Assembly (NCBI GenBank): GCA_964247055.1
Contig: OZ176055.1
Span: 1,364,001 to 1,428,000, forward strand
DNA from: Paragordius varius
Lineage: Eukaryota > Animalia > Nematomorpha
Length of the DNA: 64,000 nucleotides
Direction of reading: 5' to 3'
Within the stretch, counting starts at the first letter, position 1; every line of letters starts with the position of its first letter. Shown one piece after another: positions 43,708 through 58,400 of the stretch. The translations under genes were made by a program, and so were the position numbers. Under the pieces are notes generated by a model that worked only from the letters and a program-made list of their open reading frames with translations, had not been told where the DNA came from and searched no databases.

Positions 43708-46700
43708 ATGCCATTATATCCAGGTATTCTTTTTAAATTGTTGCCTTTTTATTATTTCATCTAATATATTTATTTCATTGGTTTAGATTTATCCGACATT
43801 GAATCACGACTTTCAACAGCGTTTGGTACTAAATTAGGTATAAACATAACTTAATGAATCTATTTAAATCTTATGCAATCATAATAATCACTTTTACGTC
43901 TTTTTATAGAACCGTACTGGGTAATCAAACTACCGGACAAAAAACAATCTACCAAATATGTAATTTTAAATATAGAATTATTTTTATAATAAATTTATTT
44001 AATTTAATATTAATTTATGATTTTTCAGGTTCAAATTATCAAAGCTAACCTGGAACATTCCATAAAGCATTTAAAATTAATTACAAGTATCAAGTTTACT
44101 TTTTTAATAATTATATAGACGATAAATTATTAATATGCTCTGTTCACGCATATGATATTCAGTTTTTACGCGATATATTCAACGATTTAGCAATTAATGG
44201 TAATTTTGAAATCCATTGGCTTCCCACAGAACGTCCTAAAAATCTAAAAGAGCGCATTTTATTTTCCCAAATCTGGTCGCCTAAATATTGTCTTAGGTAA
44301 TTAAATTTTTTTTGCATTTTCAAAACGCTTCTCAATAAAATCTTTATAATTATATCATCATTAATTTAGTAATGATCAAGAATTAACACCTAATGCCAGA
44401 GAGGTCTTTTTAACATATGCCATATCTAACATGAAAATTGCATATCAACATGCTAAAATAGCTCGTGAACGCAACGAAGTAATTTAATTCTTTTATTTAA
44501 TCATAAAAATTACCAAAAATTTGTTTTCTTTTATAAATTTAACAGCTTTTATGTTTTAATCCTGATTAATGGATAAAAATATAATGATATATATCCACCT
44601 CAAACTTAATTTATTAGCTTTTTTGGTAAAAAATAAATATAATTGAGGGCTTCTAATTTTAAGACAATATACTTTTATAGATACCAATCGGAGTTTGTAT
44701 TGTAGATCCAACAAATAATGAAGTTTTAATATCAGGATATGATATAAGGTTATCGAGTAAATGCTTCTTGAATCACGCAGTCATGAATACCATTGCCTTG
44801 TTTTGTGAAAAAATGAAAAAGTATTGCCCATATATAGCCCAATTTTCTGTTTTTTAACAAAAAAAACCATTTTTTTATATTTTGAACTTAAGATTTTCCT
44901 ATCAACTGTTATATTTAGATTAATTATATTATTTACTTAAAAATTGCCATTTTATTTATTTTAAACATTTACATTGTTTCCTTTTTGTTTGTTTTAGATT
45001 CAGGCATTACTGTACGTAACCATAATTTTTACTACTGAATTGTTTTTTGTGATAAAAATATGTAATTTTTGATAATATAAATCTTAATTATAGTTTAATA
45101 AATACGGGTTTTTCGAAAAATATGGTTTTTCAATGAAAAAAGTGTAATAAAATTACAATTTTTAACTTAATGTTAGCGAAGGTTAACTCCGCATGATATA
45201 CAATTGTAGAGTAAAAATTAAAAATATACGGACAAATATTAGAAATATAAGGACAATTTTTTTTTCAATCATTTTCAAGTTTAATTAATTCTATTAAATT
45301 CATTTAATAACAATCGTAAAATATATAAATGATTGTGTTTTCAATATACACCTTTATTTTATATTTGGAGTTTCAAACAGTTAGTTATAATTAAAAATAT
45401 TAAACGATATAAATGTATGTTTGTATTTTAGAAATAAATACTTGTCTTATCTTTTTATTTTATCCATATAAATTTAATTTTTATTTTTAATCTACAGATA
45501 TTAAATTTTGCTTTTGAAAAAGTTTGTAAAATTTATAAAAAAGCTTATTGTATATTGAAAGGTTGGGCGCGTAGTATATGTATAAAGTTTTCCCTATAAT
45601 ATAAATTTGTTTTAAATATTATCGGCAAACCTTATTCATTCTATTAATTTTTATAAGTTGCGAAATTAGAATTAAATTACGGTTTTTAATAATAAATATG
45701 CTAATATTTTCACCAATACTTTTTTTTACATTTAGTAATCGCTATTCTGAGAAAATGTATCTTTTTACCGGCTTACATGTATTCGTTACCTATGAACCAT
45801 GTGTTATGTAATTATTAAACAATATTTTTTATTTTTTTGGAAATACAAAAATAATAAAAAATGGTCATAATTTAAACAGTATTTTTATCGGGCACAAATG
45901 TATGTTACTTATTTTTTTACAAAAATATAAAACATCTTCTTACTACACAATACAATTGGAAATTATCATGATATTAGGATTTTTAAAAAAAAATTTTTTT
46001 AATTTTCGCCTGAAAATTTTAGATTTTTTCGATCATTTTTAAAACTATAAGATTTTTCGTAGCTAATATGTTTGATTTTTATATTGACTACCAAATGAAC
46101 ATATTAATTGGAGAGTTCTAATGATTATAAAAATATAAAAATGGTATATTATATCCAATTATTTACATAAAATCACCCTCAAACAATTTATATTTACCCA
46201 AATAAATTATGTATTTTTGGAGTTAATATAACTCATCATCAATATGAAATATATCTTCATGGCTGGCATATTTTATTAATTTTTCAGTATTAATTTAATT
46301 TTAAACATATCATTTTTGATTAAACATATAAAATATTATAAGTTATTTTTGACATTAAAAAACTCGAATTTATTTTAGGGTTAATTTGAATCGTTCGAGG
46401 GTTGAATAGTTCAAGGATGAATTTGAATCGTTCGAGGGTAAATTTGAATTCTAAATGGTATACCTTGTCAACGATCGTATTATAGAAAGTGTCATTCACA
46501 GCTATAGATATATTTATTATGTTATACATTAGGTGTTGTATGGCCTTACTTCATTCTCGGGTAAAATGCGTTTTTTATGTCGAGGAATCACCGTTTGGAG
46601 CCTTTAATGGAAGGCACAATAAAATTTTGCTACAAAATTCACCCAAAACTAATCATAGCTTTCAAGTTTATCAATTACCCTATCACCATTTTACACAACA

Positions 46701-46734
46701 AACTTTGATGTTAAAAGAACAATCCCAATTATGA
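43708..46734 (+). CDS. ADAT3: tRNA-specific adenosine-34 deaminase non-catalytic subunit ADAT3/Tad3, ~297 aa
   Basis: Exons 43708-43723, 43787-43837, 43910-43959, 44029-44086, 44119-44296, 44370-44478, 44681-44820, 44998-45015, 45736-45807 and 46533-46734 total 894 nt in frame. Motifs IGVCIVDP, LNHAVM (HAV, diagnostic of ADAT3), [27 protein letters not shown] and NHSFQVY. Confidence 0.9.
46140..46460. mobile_element. MITE of the TATACCATT-TIR / minisatellite family in the last ADAT3 intron
   Basis: Degenerate GGGT(G/A)AATTTGAAT repeats ending AAATGGTATA; interior similar to 24010-24250. Confidence 0.5.
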
Positions 46735-47039
46735 AAAAGAGTGAACGAGAAAGAACTTAAATACGAAGCACAACAAACAAAAGTTGAATAAAGGAAAAAT
46801 ACTCATTTTTGATGTGTATTATATAAATTTTTACATTTATATTAATTGTTTGGTAATTGTTTAGGTAGCTTAAAAGCCTTTGTAATATATAATTATATTA
46901 TATGCGAAATATACACCAATGCAAAAAATGTGTTTTTGTCCGAAATTATTCATTATTGTTAATAGTAGATGTGCAATTTTAGAATTTAGAGGAATATATA
47001 GGGATGTTTATACCTACATATGCTGTACGTCGCAGATAG

Positions 47040-47390
47040 TTGGATAATAAAGAAAGGTGATAAAAGATATACCAATGCATTCGAAATGTGACACTAAAGA
47101 AAATCGCTACAGATAAATGGAAAGATAAAAAATGAAAAACACTGACATCCTCGATAAAATTAAACCTCATAAAATGAAATTATCTTACTTCGGTCACATC
47201 ATTAAAGCCAAAAACTTGGAGTATCAGCTAATGTCGGACAAAATTGAAGGCTCAGGAAAACGTGGCAGATGTAAAATGCGTTGGATAGATAATTTAACTA
47301 AAGAAACCAAACTATCAATGCAACAGTTGATAGTCAATACAAAATGTAGCAACTACATATATGAAATAACGACAAATCGACCCGATTTTG
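47040..47390 (+). mobile_element. Decayed RTE/BovB-type LINE 3' fragment
   Basis: AFEM*H*RKSLQI... then KLSYFGHII...LMSDKIEGSGKRGRCKMRWIDN, which matches the RTE C-terminal LxYFGH...GKIEG.RxRGR.xxRWxD motif. Confidence 0.75.
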
Positions 47391-47938
47391 GCTATAATAA
47401 CAATATAACTAATTCAATTTTCATGTTTAAATAGTTTAAGCAACTTCTTTTTTATTCATTTGTAACCCATAGTTATTAAAAAGAATACCAACTGAAACCG
47501 TGTTAAATGGTTTTTATGCTAAAAAATTTTTTTTTGGAATAGCAATTATATATTTTTATAGTAGTTTATGGTTATTCTTTTTATAATGTATTAGGTTTGC
47601 TTATTAAAATATATAAAATTTAAATGAAATGATTGGTATATAATAAAGAATAAAAGCGACAACCAATTATTTTAATTAAAAACTCAAAATTTTCTTACCT
47701 CGCGATAACTAAAAACGTTTCAGCTTCTAATAGATATCTACTCTAAGTGTTGACGCTCTCAATACTTTAATCAAGTTATAATGTTGCTTCGTAAATCAAA
47801 TTAATTCAAGTATAAATAAAACACAAATTACCTATGTAGTTTTGTTGAAAAACTCTGGCTTTATTTAACCTCTTATAAGAAAAATTGATGTGTACTCATT
47901 AAAACTACTCAATATTATAAATAATATTTCAAAACCTT

Positions 47939-50650
47939 TTATAATTTATTTACAAAAGATATCAAGATAGATATTATAGCTATTGTAATATAAATTAAAA
48001 CAATTTTAATTGTAAATTTATGATTATTGTCGTTTGATATCTTAACAATATTTATGCGATTATCTATGGATGTTGTGAATAGTAAAGCGGAATAATTCAA
48101 TATACTGTCAGAATCCTTTTCGTAATGATTAACATTATAATCATTATAATTGGGAATGTTTAGTAAATTTAGACCAGTTATGAAAGCAGTATGAGCTTTA
48201 ATGTTACATAGGGCCTGTTAAAAAATAATAAATTTACAATCAATTTTAAACATATAGCGCTAAAATATAGAGAAAGTATGGTAAAAAATTGAATCATAAA
48301 AACAAAACATATTAAGTTAAACTAAAACGGATTATATACAACTATTGTTTGAAAAAAAACGCCGTAGTTTTATTTTATGCCTTATTGTTTTAAACACTAT
48401 TTTATTGTGTAATATAAAAATTTACTTGCAAAGAAGCATTAAATATAAAGACTGACCCTTCGTTCGTTCCAACAGCGATAAAATGAGCACTGTTAATATG
48501 TATATTAATATAAATTAATAAAATATTCTGCTTTAATGAAATTAATAAAATGTGATGGATATTTTTGATTCAGTTAATTATATATATGTATAAGTTGGAT
48601 TAGATAAAAGTACTAGCTATATTTTATTAAGCACCAAGAAAAATTTTTTTTATTACGAAATAATTGTAAAATTTCAATTTTATATATGTGTATTAATATA
48701 GTGTTGTTGTATATAAATTTATAAAAGGTTTTATTTTTTTGTGGTAAAAAAACAAAAATCAAATGTTTCATCATCAAGATCCTATTGGAAAATATTAAAT
48801 TGATTATAAATTGCATTTCAATCAATCATTTATCTTTTTTTGTTCCATTAATTATTGATATTTATATTATTTTTTATTAATTTTTATTGTTTAAGGCTCA
48901 GTATAATCTTTGTAAACGTATGTAATTTTATTTTATTATATTTTAAAATCGGATAAGTGATGATCTTATTCTGAGCTACTTATATTGCTGTTTATTATAA
49001 AATATCATTATAAGAAGGGTTTATTTTTAAAAAACCCAATTTTTATCAAAAACGAATGAAAGTTGGTAATGATGTGTCAAATTATGTTAACAATAAACGT
49101 AAAAAGTTAAATTATACATATGTAAAATTAAAAATAATGAAAACATCAATAAAAAATTTACTTGGAAGCTAATTTAGAGCAATTTTCTTTGGCTATCGGT
49201 ACTGCTTTACAAAATTTATAATCCTTTTTAATATAAATGTCAAATCAATTATACGTCATTTGGTAGAATATTCCATAAACTTAGGTATGATGTTTCTTTT
49301 TTGTTGGATGGATTAAGGACAGTTAATAATTCATAATTATTTCTTAATTAATATAAATAATATAATTTCCACATTGTTAAATGTTCGTTTTCAAAGAAAA
49401 CCAAACATTTGTATTAGGGTTGATTTAATAAAGGCAAAAAACATCAAGCTTAATATTTTTTTATGAAAAAATCATTTGTGAATCTTGATTTTTCCATATA
49501 ACGGTTATAGAATACAAAATTAAGTGTGTTACCAATTTACATCTCTATTCCTCGTTTCACAACCTAAAATGCTATAGGTTATAAAAAAATCCATATAGAT
49601 ATAAAATGGGTTCTTATAATTTTTATTAATCAATATATATGTTTTGACTTAAATGGTATATATTGTCAAGGTGTCTAATTTATTACTATTAATATTTATA
49701 TTATATAACATCAATTGAAAAATGTTAATAATACATGTTTTAAAGTTTTTTTTATCACATCGAATAAAGCATTATTTTCAATTTTTTAAGTAGAAACTTA
49801 TTTGAGTCGAAAATTTACGAATGGGAAATTTTAAACAATATACTATATAAAAATTGAGTTATATTTTTTAACCTAACCTGTATTTACACGCCCTAAATTT
49901 ATAACCGGATTTATGATTCCATTCAAGTGTACATTCTTGTTTCCCTTCAAAACTCCAAACCTGCGCAGGACAATTACGAGAAATTAAAGCAATCTAATAA
50001 AGTTTTTAAAGTTATAAAAACGTGCTGTAATTGATCACATATATCCATATCATCAATCTCCGATTCAAAAACTGAAAAATTATGCAACTTTTTGAGGTTG
50101 GACTAAAATAAATGTGGATTTATATATATGAATACGTTCATAATTCGAACATGACCATCAGACGCCGCACTTATTATGAATACTAATGATCTGTTTTGTG
50201 AGGATATGCAAACACATTTTTGGTAAGTTTCATGATTTCGCTCATCAATCAGTGTAGATTTTAGCTTTTCTATAGAAAATTCTAATACATTATGGTAAAA
50301 GCATTATAAACTACTATCGGATAAAATAGGATTTATGTTCAAATTATAAGTATTGCATTTGTTATCTGCACCAATAGCCAAAAAATATTTGTCCTGAATC
50401 GATTTTATAGACATATTCATTGGGGCATCTTTCTCCATATCCAACGTGTAAAATAATTCTCCAAAATATCCCTTATCATAATGGATTCGGTAAATATTCT
50501 AAAATATTACAACTTAAACTCTACCAAAACATTGGATATTCCAGTTTTGGAAGAACCACCTCCTCCAGCAATAATAACATATCTTGAATCTAAATTATCA
50601 ATGCAGTATATTGGGATGGGAGACTTTATAGGTGGATATTTAACATACAT
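47939..50650 (-). CDS. PREB: SEC12/PREB, Sar1 guanine-nucleotide exchange factor (WD40 + C-terminal TM), ~376 aa
   Basis: Exons 50650-50525, 50498-50315, 50269-50136, 50102-50022, 49993-49878, 49342-49255, 49223-49162, 48489-48426 and 48214-47939 total 1131 nt. K-loop IAGGGGSSKTGISN, SDGHVRI, YKFRAC, GTNEGSV...SLQ...AHTAFIT, TSIDNR, and TM IVLIYITIAIISILISFV. Confidence 0.9.
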
Positions 50651-51947
50651 AACGTCCTTAATTTTCTTATATGGACTATATTTAAGACATTATTCTTTTA
50701 ATAATGAGCCAACAAAAATTTAAATTCCTTTTTAAAATTCAAGCGTGTATGAGCCAATTTTACCATGCATATGCTTAAACGTATGGTAGAGAAGAAATAT
50801 ATTGCAATGAAAATATCGGTCATTTTTTTCTCTCATGATGTATAATATTTTTGGATTTTCGGTAATTTAAATATAGGGGATTTTAAAATAATAATAGTTT
50901 TTTGGGTTTATCTCATTATTTTTTTCTAAATAAGCGTTTGATTATGTTGAACTTTAATTAAGAAAACTCCTTATTTTGATAAAATCCAATTTAAACACAA
51001 AATATAAATATTGAGCTTGCGAGTCGATATTCCTTTTATCATTTTTTAGCAACAACAAAAATAAGGAAATCCATATTTTACATTCTGTAAGCAGAAGCTA
51101 AATATTTAGATCCAAACTTTGTTGATAACCATCTAAAGTATGTTTTGTATATATTATGTATTTATTTAACAATCTAAATTTTTTCGTAAATTTTTAAATA
51201 TTCTTCATCATAGTTAATAGCTAAAAAATTTATTTTACAAATAGCATTTTGGGGATTTAGGGAACTATTATAACATTTTAAAATATTTTAACATGCGTGT
51301 TTTAGCATTGTCAGACTTTTTGATATGTTACACAGAATAAAATTCTGAGTTGATTTAAAAAGCTTTTTACAATTTTGGGTAAGTGATTTATATCTAAAAT
51401 GGCAAAATTTGCACACATTTTTTTTAAAATATTTTTTTAGGTGAAATCTAAATGCCTCATTCCAAAATACATCAGAAAATGAATCTAAGAATAAATTTTA
51501 TATTAATTTTTTATAGAACTATGCTCAAGACCAGAATTTTTCGCTCTGGCTATTTTCTTAAAATAAACGGGAAAGCTCAGATTGCGCGATAAAATATTGA
51601 ATATATGCTAAATTTATATACTAAAAATATTTTTTTAAATAAATTTTCAAAAATTATATTTTACACAAAATTTTATTAAAGCCTACTTCATATAGAGAAC
51701 TTTTAACATTATAAAGAGACCTTTTCTGTATATTTGAGGATGCTAAACATTACTATAAACTCAAAATTCAATTAAAATATTCGTTCATTTTCAAATTAAT
51801 CTTATCTGTTTTGTTACATGGCCAAAGTTTAAAAGCAAAAGAAGCTTAACATTTAATTCTGAGGCGGTAGAAATGTTCATCATCACCAAATTACATAGAG
51901 TGTTTTTATGTTCTACGTCCCAAATCGAAAGGTATAAATATATTCTG

Positions 51948-51978
<31 letters not shown>

Positions 51979-53797
51979 GCTAATTGTAGCAGGATTATCA
52001 TAGTGCTTTTGTTTTAGCCTTTACGAGTGATTTAAGCGTGTTATTTAGACTTTTGTGGAAAGTGTTTTATTGCAGAAAATGGCAAAATTTATGCACATAA
52101 TTTATATAAAATTTATTTGGCAAAAGCTTATTCCAAAATTAATCCCTAAAAGATATCATAAACTGCATATAAAAAGCATAATATTTTTTTAAAAAAACTA
52201 TTTTCAGAGAGGGGGGTCACATTTTTTGCCCGATACATATGGGCCAGTTTTTAAATGCAAAAATGGCTTTATTATACAATAGAATTTTTTAATATATGAT
52301 AGTTTACGACACCATAAAAATATAATTTTGAAATGCATATGTTATATATATTTTTTACCATAATTTTAATCTAACGTATTTTATGGCATGTCTCAGGCTG
52401 GTAAAAAGGGTAAAAAAATATTTTAAAAGTTAAAACACTTCTTCAACATAAATTAATTAGTTAAACATTATCAACTCAGATTTTTGATCAGATTAGTTAG
52501 TTTTTAAGGACTGTATTATAAATGTATTTTTTTACATAAAATTTTTTTATGTTTAACTCTTCCCAAATTCTGAAGTAATAGAATTAGTAGAAAAAGTGTT
52601 TTTATAATATCCTAAAGCAGACTCACCAAAAAATGTTAATAAGCCGCAAAAATATGTATCGAAGGTCAAGTGATGCAATGATGCATCATATAACACCGAT
52701 ATATATTTGTCGTTGTTTTGACAAATTTGCATATATTTATAAAAATAAGTACATCAAAAATTTAATATATAATTCAGGGCCATAAAAAGCAGTTTTAGGA
52801 CCGTGGTTTGAGTATTACTGTCATAAAGTGTTTTTATTTTATCTTGTTCCTAAAACCATGACATACGGTTAATCAATCTAGTAAATTTATTTTATGAATA
52901 TGCATTTTTTCAAAAATATTTGTTCTGATGCCATAATGTGGCATATATCAAATTTTTTATCGCCCAATCTCGCCATTTTTGCTTTTATTTTATGAACAAT
53001 AGCTCATTTAGAAGAAAATTTAAAGCTTTTTAAGCGCACATCGAAAAATTAACATTCCAATGATTCTCTTTAAATATAATATATGATATTTAAATGAAAT
53101 TTTTTAGAATGAAGTATTCTGGGTATCGCCAAAAAATTTATTAAGTATAATATGAGCAAATTATCCGATTTTTAATATAGAGCAATTATCACATTAGCGA
53201 TAATATCTCTGTAAGGCACAAATAAATTGTAGCCCCCATTTTTGCGCTCTGTGTACATTCTATATGTAGCAAAACTAACAGGAATTTCTAAATATATATG
53301 GGCATTCATAAGTAATTTCTTAAATTTCCAACATAAAACTATAAAAGGCAAAACAATATAACATTTTTTTCGCACTTCTTGCCAAATAGACATAACATTA
53401 TGAAAATTTAAGCATATTTTCGGAAATTATCATAAAATATCAGACGGCCACGTGTTGGATACCTCTAACCGTACAATTTTGTGGCAAAAAACTTTAAATC
53501 AGATAAATTTATATTTAAAGCTAATTAGAATTTGCACCTCATCCTATATTAGTCAATCGATTTTGCCAACAGGCATTGGCCTAATTTCAAAAGAACAGTC
53601 TAACTAGCTCACGAAATATTAATTTGGACTAAACTATTTTAACGCTTCTTAAAAAATTATTAATATAATAGACAATAATAATAATTTTAATATATACATA
53701 TATGTATTTTAAAACACATTACGAAAATAAATAATTGGACATTTTAACAATTTGCCATTGCATAACGCTTGATTCTAGCAAACTGGTGTTGAGCATG

Positions 53798-55290
53798 TCA
53801 AGTTCGTTTTGTATTATCACTATTATTCAAATCATCAAATTTTTCCGCTATCTCTTGCGTTAAAGGGGAAACCTCTTTCATCCGTCTCAAATAGCCTTCA
53901 TCCAAAGGGGAAAATATATCGGCTGTAAGATTATTGCTACTATAGGAGGCGGTGGATTTGAAACGTTTTAACAACCGCTCCAAAATAACATCAATTTCAT
54001 CTTTATCTATCTCCTGCAAACTTGGCATGATTTGAGGATCAATTTGTAGGAAATGTGTAGATCCCTGCTTCTGCTCTTCAGAGCCTGTATTTTGCGTATC
54101 GAGCAATGTTGTGCTTTCATTTTTGGCATTAGCTTTTTCCGTGGGCGTTGCACAGGGATTCACAATTATGATTGGAATCGGTTTAATCAGATAAGATTCC
54201 GAACCTGAAATATCGGTTCTTTCTTGACGAGTCATTGTTGAAACTGTTTCCGCTAAGGGTGCGTTAGTCAATAAGCTATCAGAAGATAAGATCCCTATTT
54301 TCATGTGGAATTAAGTATTAGTTAGGGTCTTTTTTAATCAAGTGTATATATGTCTAATATCTAATACCTTTTTTGATAGAGTTATCCATTGATATTTCAT
54401 GTTTTATCATTTCATCTAAAATATTTTGCGTTTAACTCCAAGTGGTTTAAAAAAAATCAATTATTGAAAATAATTTGTAATATGTATATTCAAACCTGTG
54501 AATGCTTTAGCACTCATGGGTCCATCCAAAACTAAAAACTCTGCATGAAAAAATTCTATCATTAGAAAATTAATAATAATAAATTTTAATAAACCATCAA
54601 TTGATTCTTTGTTTGGGGGAGATTCACTGGTTTCTATATTCGATTCTATCATGTGTGTATATAAAAAAATAAATAATCTAATAATTTATTTTTTTCACAT
54701 ATAAAAAAAGTGTTAAAAAATTTACATCTATCTTGATTTACTAATGAAATCCGTAACAAAATTTTCCCAAAAACTTTCTTTTACAGAAATCAAGTTTTTA
54801 TGCTTAATTTTAATAATTTTTAGGTAAAACACGCTCTGCATTGTGCCGATCCAAAATATTTAAAATGTATAAATTAACATACTGCCTTCATCGTCTATGG
54901 GCATGATTATTGATCCCTTCAATTCTAACATAATAAAATAAATGTGTAGTCCTAAATATCAATACATGTGTTTTTAAGAGCTTGAAACCAAAAATGGAAA
55001 CTAAAAATACAACTTACATGGTTCCCAATTAAGTAGCAAAAGTTTGAAAATTAAATATGGGTCTAATTCCAACATTTTAAAACTACCTCAGTTTTGTTAA
55101 ACTTTTGATATCAGATACTCAAATTTGGTTCTAATTATTTTCAAAATATCCGGTAACATCGTTTTTTCTAGTTCCAAGCTCATAAATAATATAAAAGATA
55201 GTTACCTGGCGAAACTTCAACGATAAACTTTTCGCATACGTTTGTTTCTAATCTCGGTTTCTTCCCAAGATTGATTTCTTCAAATGATAG
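53798..55290 (-). CDS. Low-complexity acidic coding exons, probably the C-terminal tail of the USP36/42-like gene
   Basis: A series of phase-1 exons (e.g. ...KFIVEVSP| ending 55206, LKGSIIMPIDDEG, SNIETSESPP, FFHAEFLVLDGP, EMIKHEIS, and a long terminal exon to 53798). The link to the exon ending at 55409 is not resolved. Confidence 0.5.
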
Positions 55291-55408
55291 GATATATATG
55301 GCATAATATATAAGGACCTATACAATTCCGAAAAATAGTCAGAGGATGACTATGTTTATTCACAACCTGATTGAAATATCAGATTTTTATATCTAAAACG
55401 TAATATAC

Positions 55409-58400
55409 CATTTATTTTTTCGATTGATCGCTTCCGCAACAATTCATTCAATGCCATATCGTTTGGACTTCTTTCAATGAAGATCGTACCTAGTATGAAA
55501 ATTTGTTACATTAAAGCGCAATGCATCAAAATAAAAAATGGTTCGCCAACTAAATAGATCTATAAAAAAAATTAAAAAGAGCGGTATTCACAAGACATAT
55601 AATTGCATAAAACAATGTATACTTTCCCTTTTGAGCGATGCTAATGTGCGGTGAGTATTGTCTATTTGGTAAAACAGCATATAAGAGTTAGTGTTGATCA
55701 CCTCGTGTAATGTGCTAGGTTGAATCTTAAATATTGAAATAAAAACATTAATTAAATCTTCGTATATATCCTCCTTATTCTTTAACTGTAACATTTTCCA
55801 TTTATGGGCATCAAGTTTAAAAACTTGAGAATAGATCACATAGAAAGGGATTCATAAAACACTATCAAAACAGAAAACTAATTAATAACATATTACAATC
55901 AAAAATTATAAATTTATCAAAGTTTTTAATTTTTGACATATCTATATTATTGCCATATTTTTATATCCAGGTTTAAATTACTATTAATTTTATAAGTCAC
56001 TGTGGTCCACTGCATCCAACGGTTAAAATTTCATTTTCATTTTAAATATTATTTAAAATTTCTCAAAAAATAATTTAAATTTTTTTGTGGACGATTGAAC
56101 CTTATAAACGACTTTATCCTTAATTTTATGGTGAGCTTTCAGAATCCGAGTTGAGCTAAGTGGCATATGAAATTTAAAAATCAATTTGAGCTAAAGAGTA
56201 TATTACTTATCTATGGAATTAAAATAGGTATTTTAGAATATATTTGATTTATATCATATGCTTACCTTATTTTGGTTTGCATTAATTTTGCGTATATGGC
56301 GTTCGTTGTAAATTTATAATTAAAAAAAAGTGCGATTTGATTAAAGTCTACTGATAATCCTAGATTTAAGGTACCTATTGAAATCCCATTTAATCTAAAA
56401 TTTATTTTCTCAGTTGTTATTAACAATTCAAATAATTTTATTTCGTAACAAATTTTGACTTTTACCAGCCTTTTTTTTGAATTTATGCTATAAAGATGCT
56501 TTAAGACATCTTTTATTTTAATTTTTTTGACCTAAATAAGAAGAAACCGAACAACTCAATATATAAAGCATTTACAGTAAAAATTGAACTTATATGGACA
56601 AGATTTGAAAATTTAAAGAAATATTTTTTTCAAAAAGACAACCATACTTTTTTAAATTTTGTTTTTTGGATATAACTCATTGTTTTAAACTACAAAGTAT
56701 AATGAAAAGTCTATTAGTAGCACAATCAATTTTATATTTTACGATTGTAATTAAAGGTTTTTAAAATGGCTTAAAAAAGTATGTTGTCTTATTACATTTC
56801 CGTATAATTTCAATCTTTACTGTAAATTTAATAAAATCAACACTTATAAAATTTATACAGACATAACGTAAAAACTAAAGTGCAAATATTTTTAATTACA
56901 ATTTTGATAGTATAGTAGATAGGGTGCCGGACTCTGACACTGCGTGCCTGAGTTCGAACCCCGAAACTACGCATTTTTTCCATCATCACTGTCAGCCCTG
57001 GGCAGGCGAGTGTTTAAAGCCTTCACATGTCCGGATACAATTTAAGTCCTTACCCTTTAATAAAAAAGGAAAAAAGAGACTCTAAACTGTATATTTATAT
57101 ACTCAACGTTTATAAAAATGTATATTTTTCACACACTAAATTAGATATTTCAAAATCGTAATATTGTTTATCAAAGAAAAGGTTTATACATATGGTTGTA
57201 TTTTTTTAAACATATTTGCCTTTAATTTTTTCATTTTAATTTTAAATTGGTTCTTTATAGCACATTAAGCCTATATAAATGATTTTTATCTTAAAATGAA
57301 CTTGGCTCATGCAATGATTCAAAAACATTTTTTTTGGATAAAAATTTCAATATAATACATATGGATCCTTGATAAGTCTCCACGTTTGATCAGGTAATTG
57401 ACAATGAATACTAAGTTCGTTTATTCCATTGTCACCTTTTTGTTGTGCCACATTGGCATATAACTTGTAAAACAATTTTTTACCCTAAAACAGAACGAAT
57501 TCAATTCTTATATCAATCATAAATTTCTAACACACCAATATTTTCAATAATTTATTATTTTAAAAAACTAAAAACGACAAAAAGTATATTAACCAATATT
57601 ATAATAAACATAATAAACTAACCAAAGTATCTGTCATAAATTTTCTAAGATCCATGACTGGGCTAACAGAAAATAATTCATGCGGAATATTTTTTTGATC
57701 AATGTCAAATTTTGATGGAGAATGCGTGGATATAGCTTGAGAAGCGGGACTTATAGTTTGACTTTCTCTGCCTGAAATCTGTTGACTACTGAAATTATTA
57801 ACGTTTCTTAAAACTATTGTCAAGAGGTTGGGTGGATGTAGGATTTTAGTTTTGGCCGTTAATTTTATAATCTTTCTGCACCTTTATGAGTAATAATACA
57901 TTTATATATAATTGAGTTTATCAAAGTTATTCTCGAAACCATAAAATTAATTTTAGGTACAAAGCAAAGAGTGATTACAGATTTTTTCACCCAATTACCA
58001 AACTTGATCTTAGTTTATGGGTATATTTGTACCCTTCTTATGGTTTATGTTAGTGATTAACGATTAAGAAAGTATTAATATCATTGAGTTTTAGATAAAT
58101 TTTATTGTGTAATCTTTAAATTAATTGCTTTTATTTAGATGTCTGGTCGTAAATATAATTGATTATAAAATAGAGTGATATCAAATACTTGGGACAAACG
58201 TCATAAGATTTCTTGTTAAACCGTTTACTAAAATTCATATCAATCGCTTTTTCCAAGTTGGTGCAATTCTGTAACCAAAAATATAAAAAAATAAATTGAA
58301 AAGTTTTAATAATCATATTATAGTATTGTATTACATTACTTTGGCATCAATGCATAATTGATAAAAGGAATTATCTTTAAACTCCCAAGCTTTACAATTT

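Noticed and set aside
48215-48259. Candidate 22-nt exon plus 23-nt intron in SEC12
   Set aside because: Recounting the upstream exon shows it ends in phase 0 (…FNASLQ) and splices directly to 48214, matching the family sequence.
50481-50723. Plus-strand ORF with a TM-like end that superficially resembled the TMEM231 C-terminus
   Set aside because: It is the antisense shadow of SEC12/PREB exon 1 (PPPP = reverse of the GGGG K-loop); the minus strand gives the conserved protein.
50765-53700. Possible additional gene between SEC12 and the USP-like gene (and another at ~2500-3550, -)
   Set aside because: Scattered exon-like stretches could not be joined in frame and matched no family I recognise; left unannotated.
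56905-56965. Possible functional tRNA-Gln gene
   Set aside because: No complete acceptor stem could be folded, and the sequence continues into a repeated non-tRNA body; better explained as a SINE.
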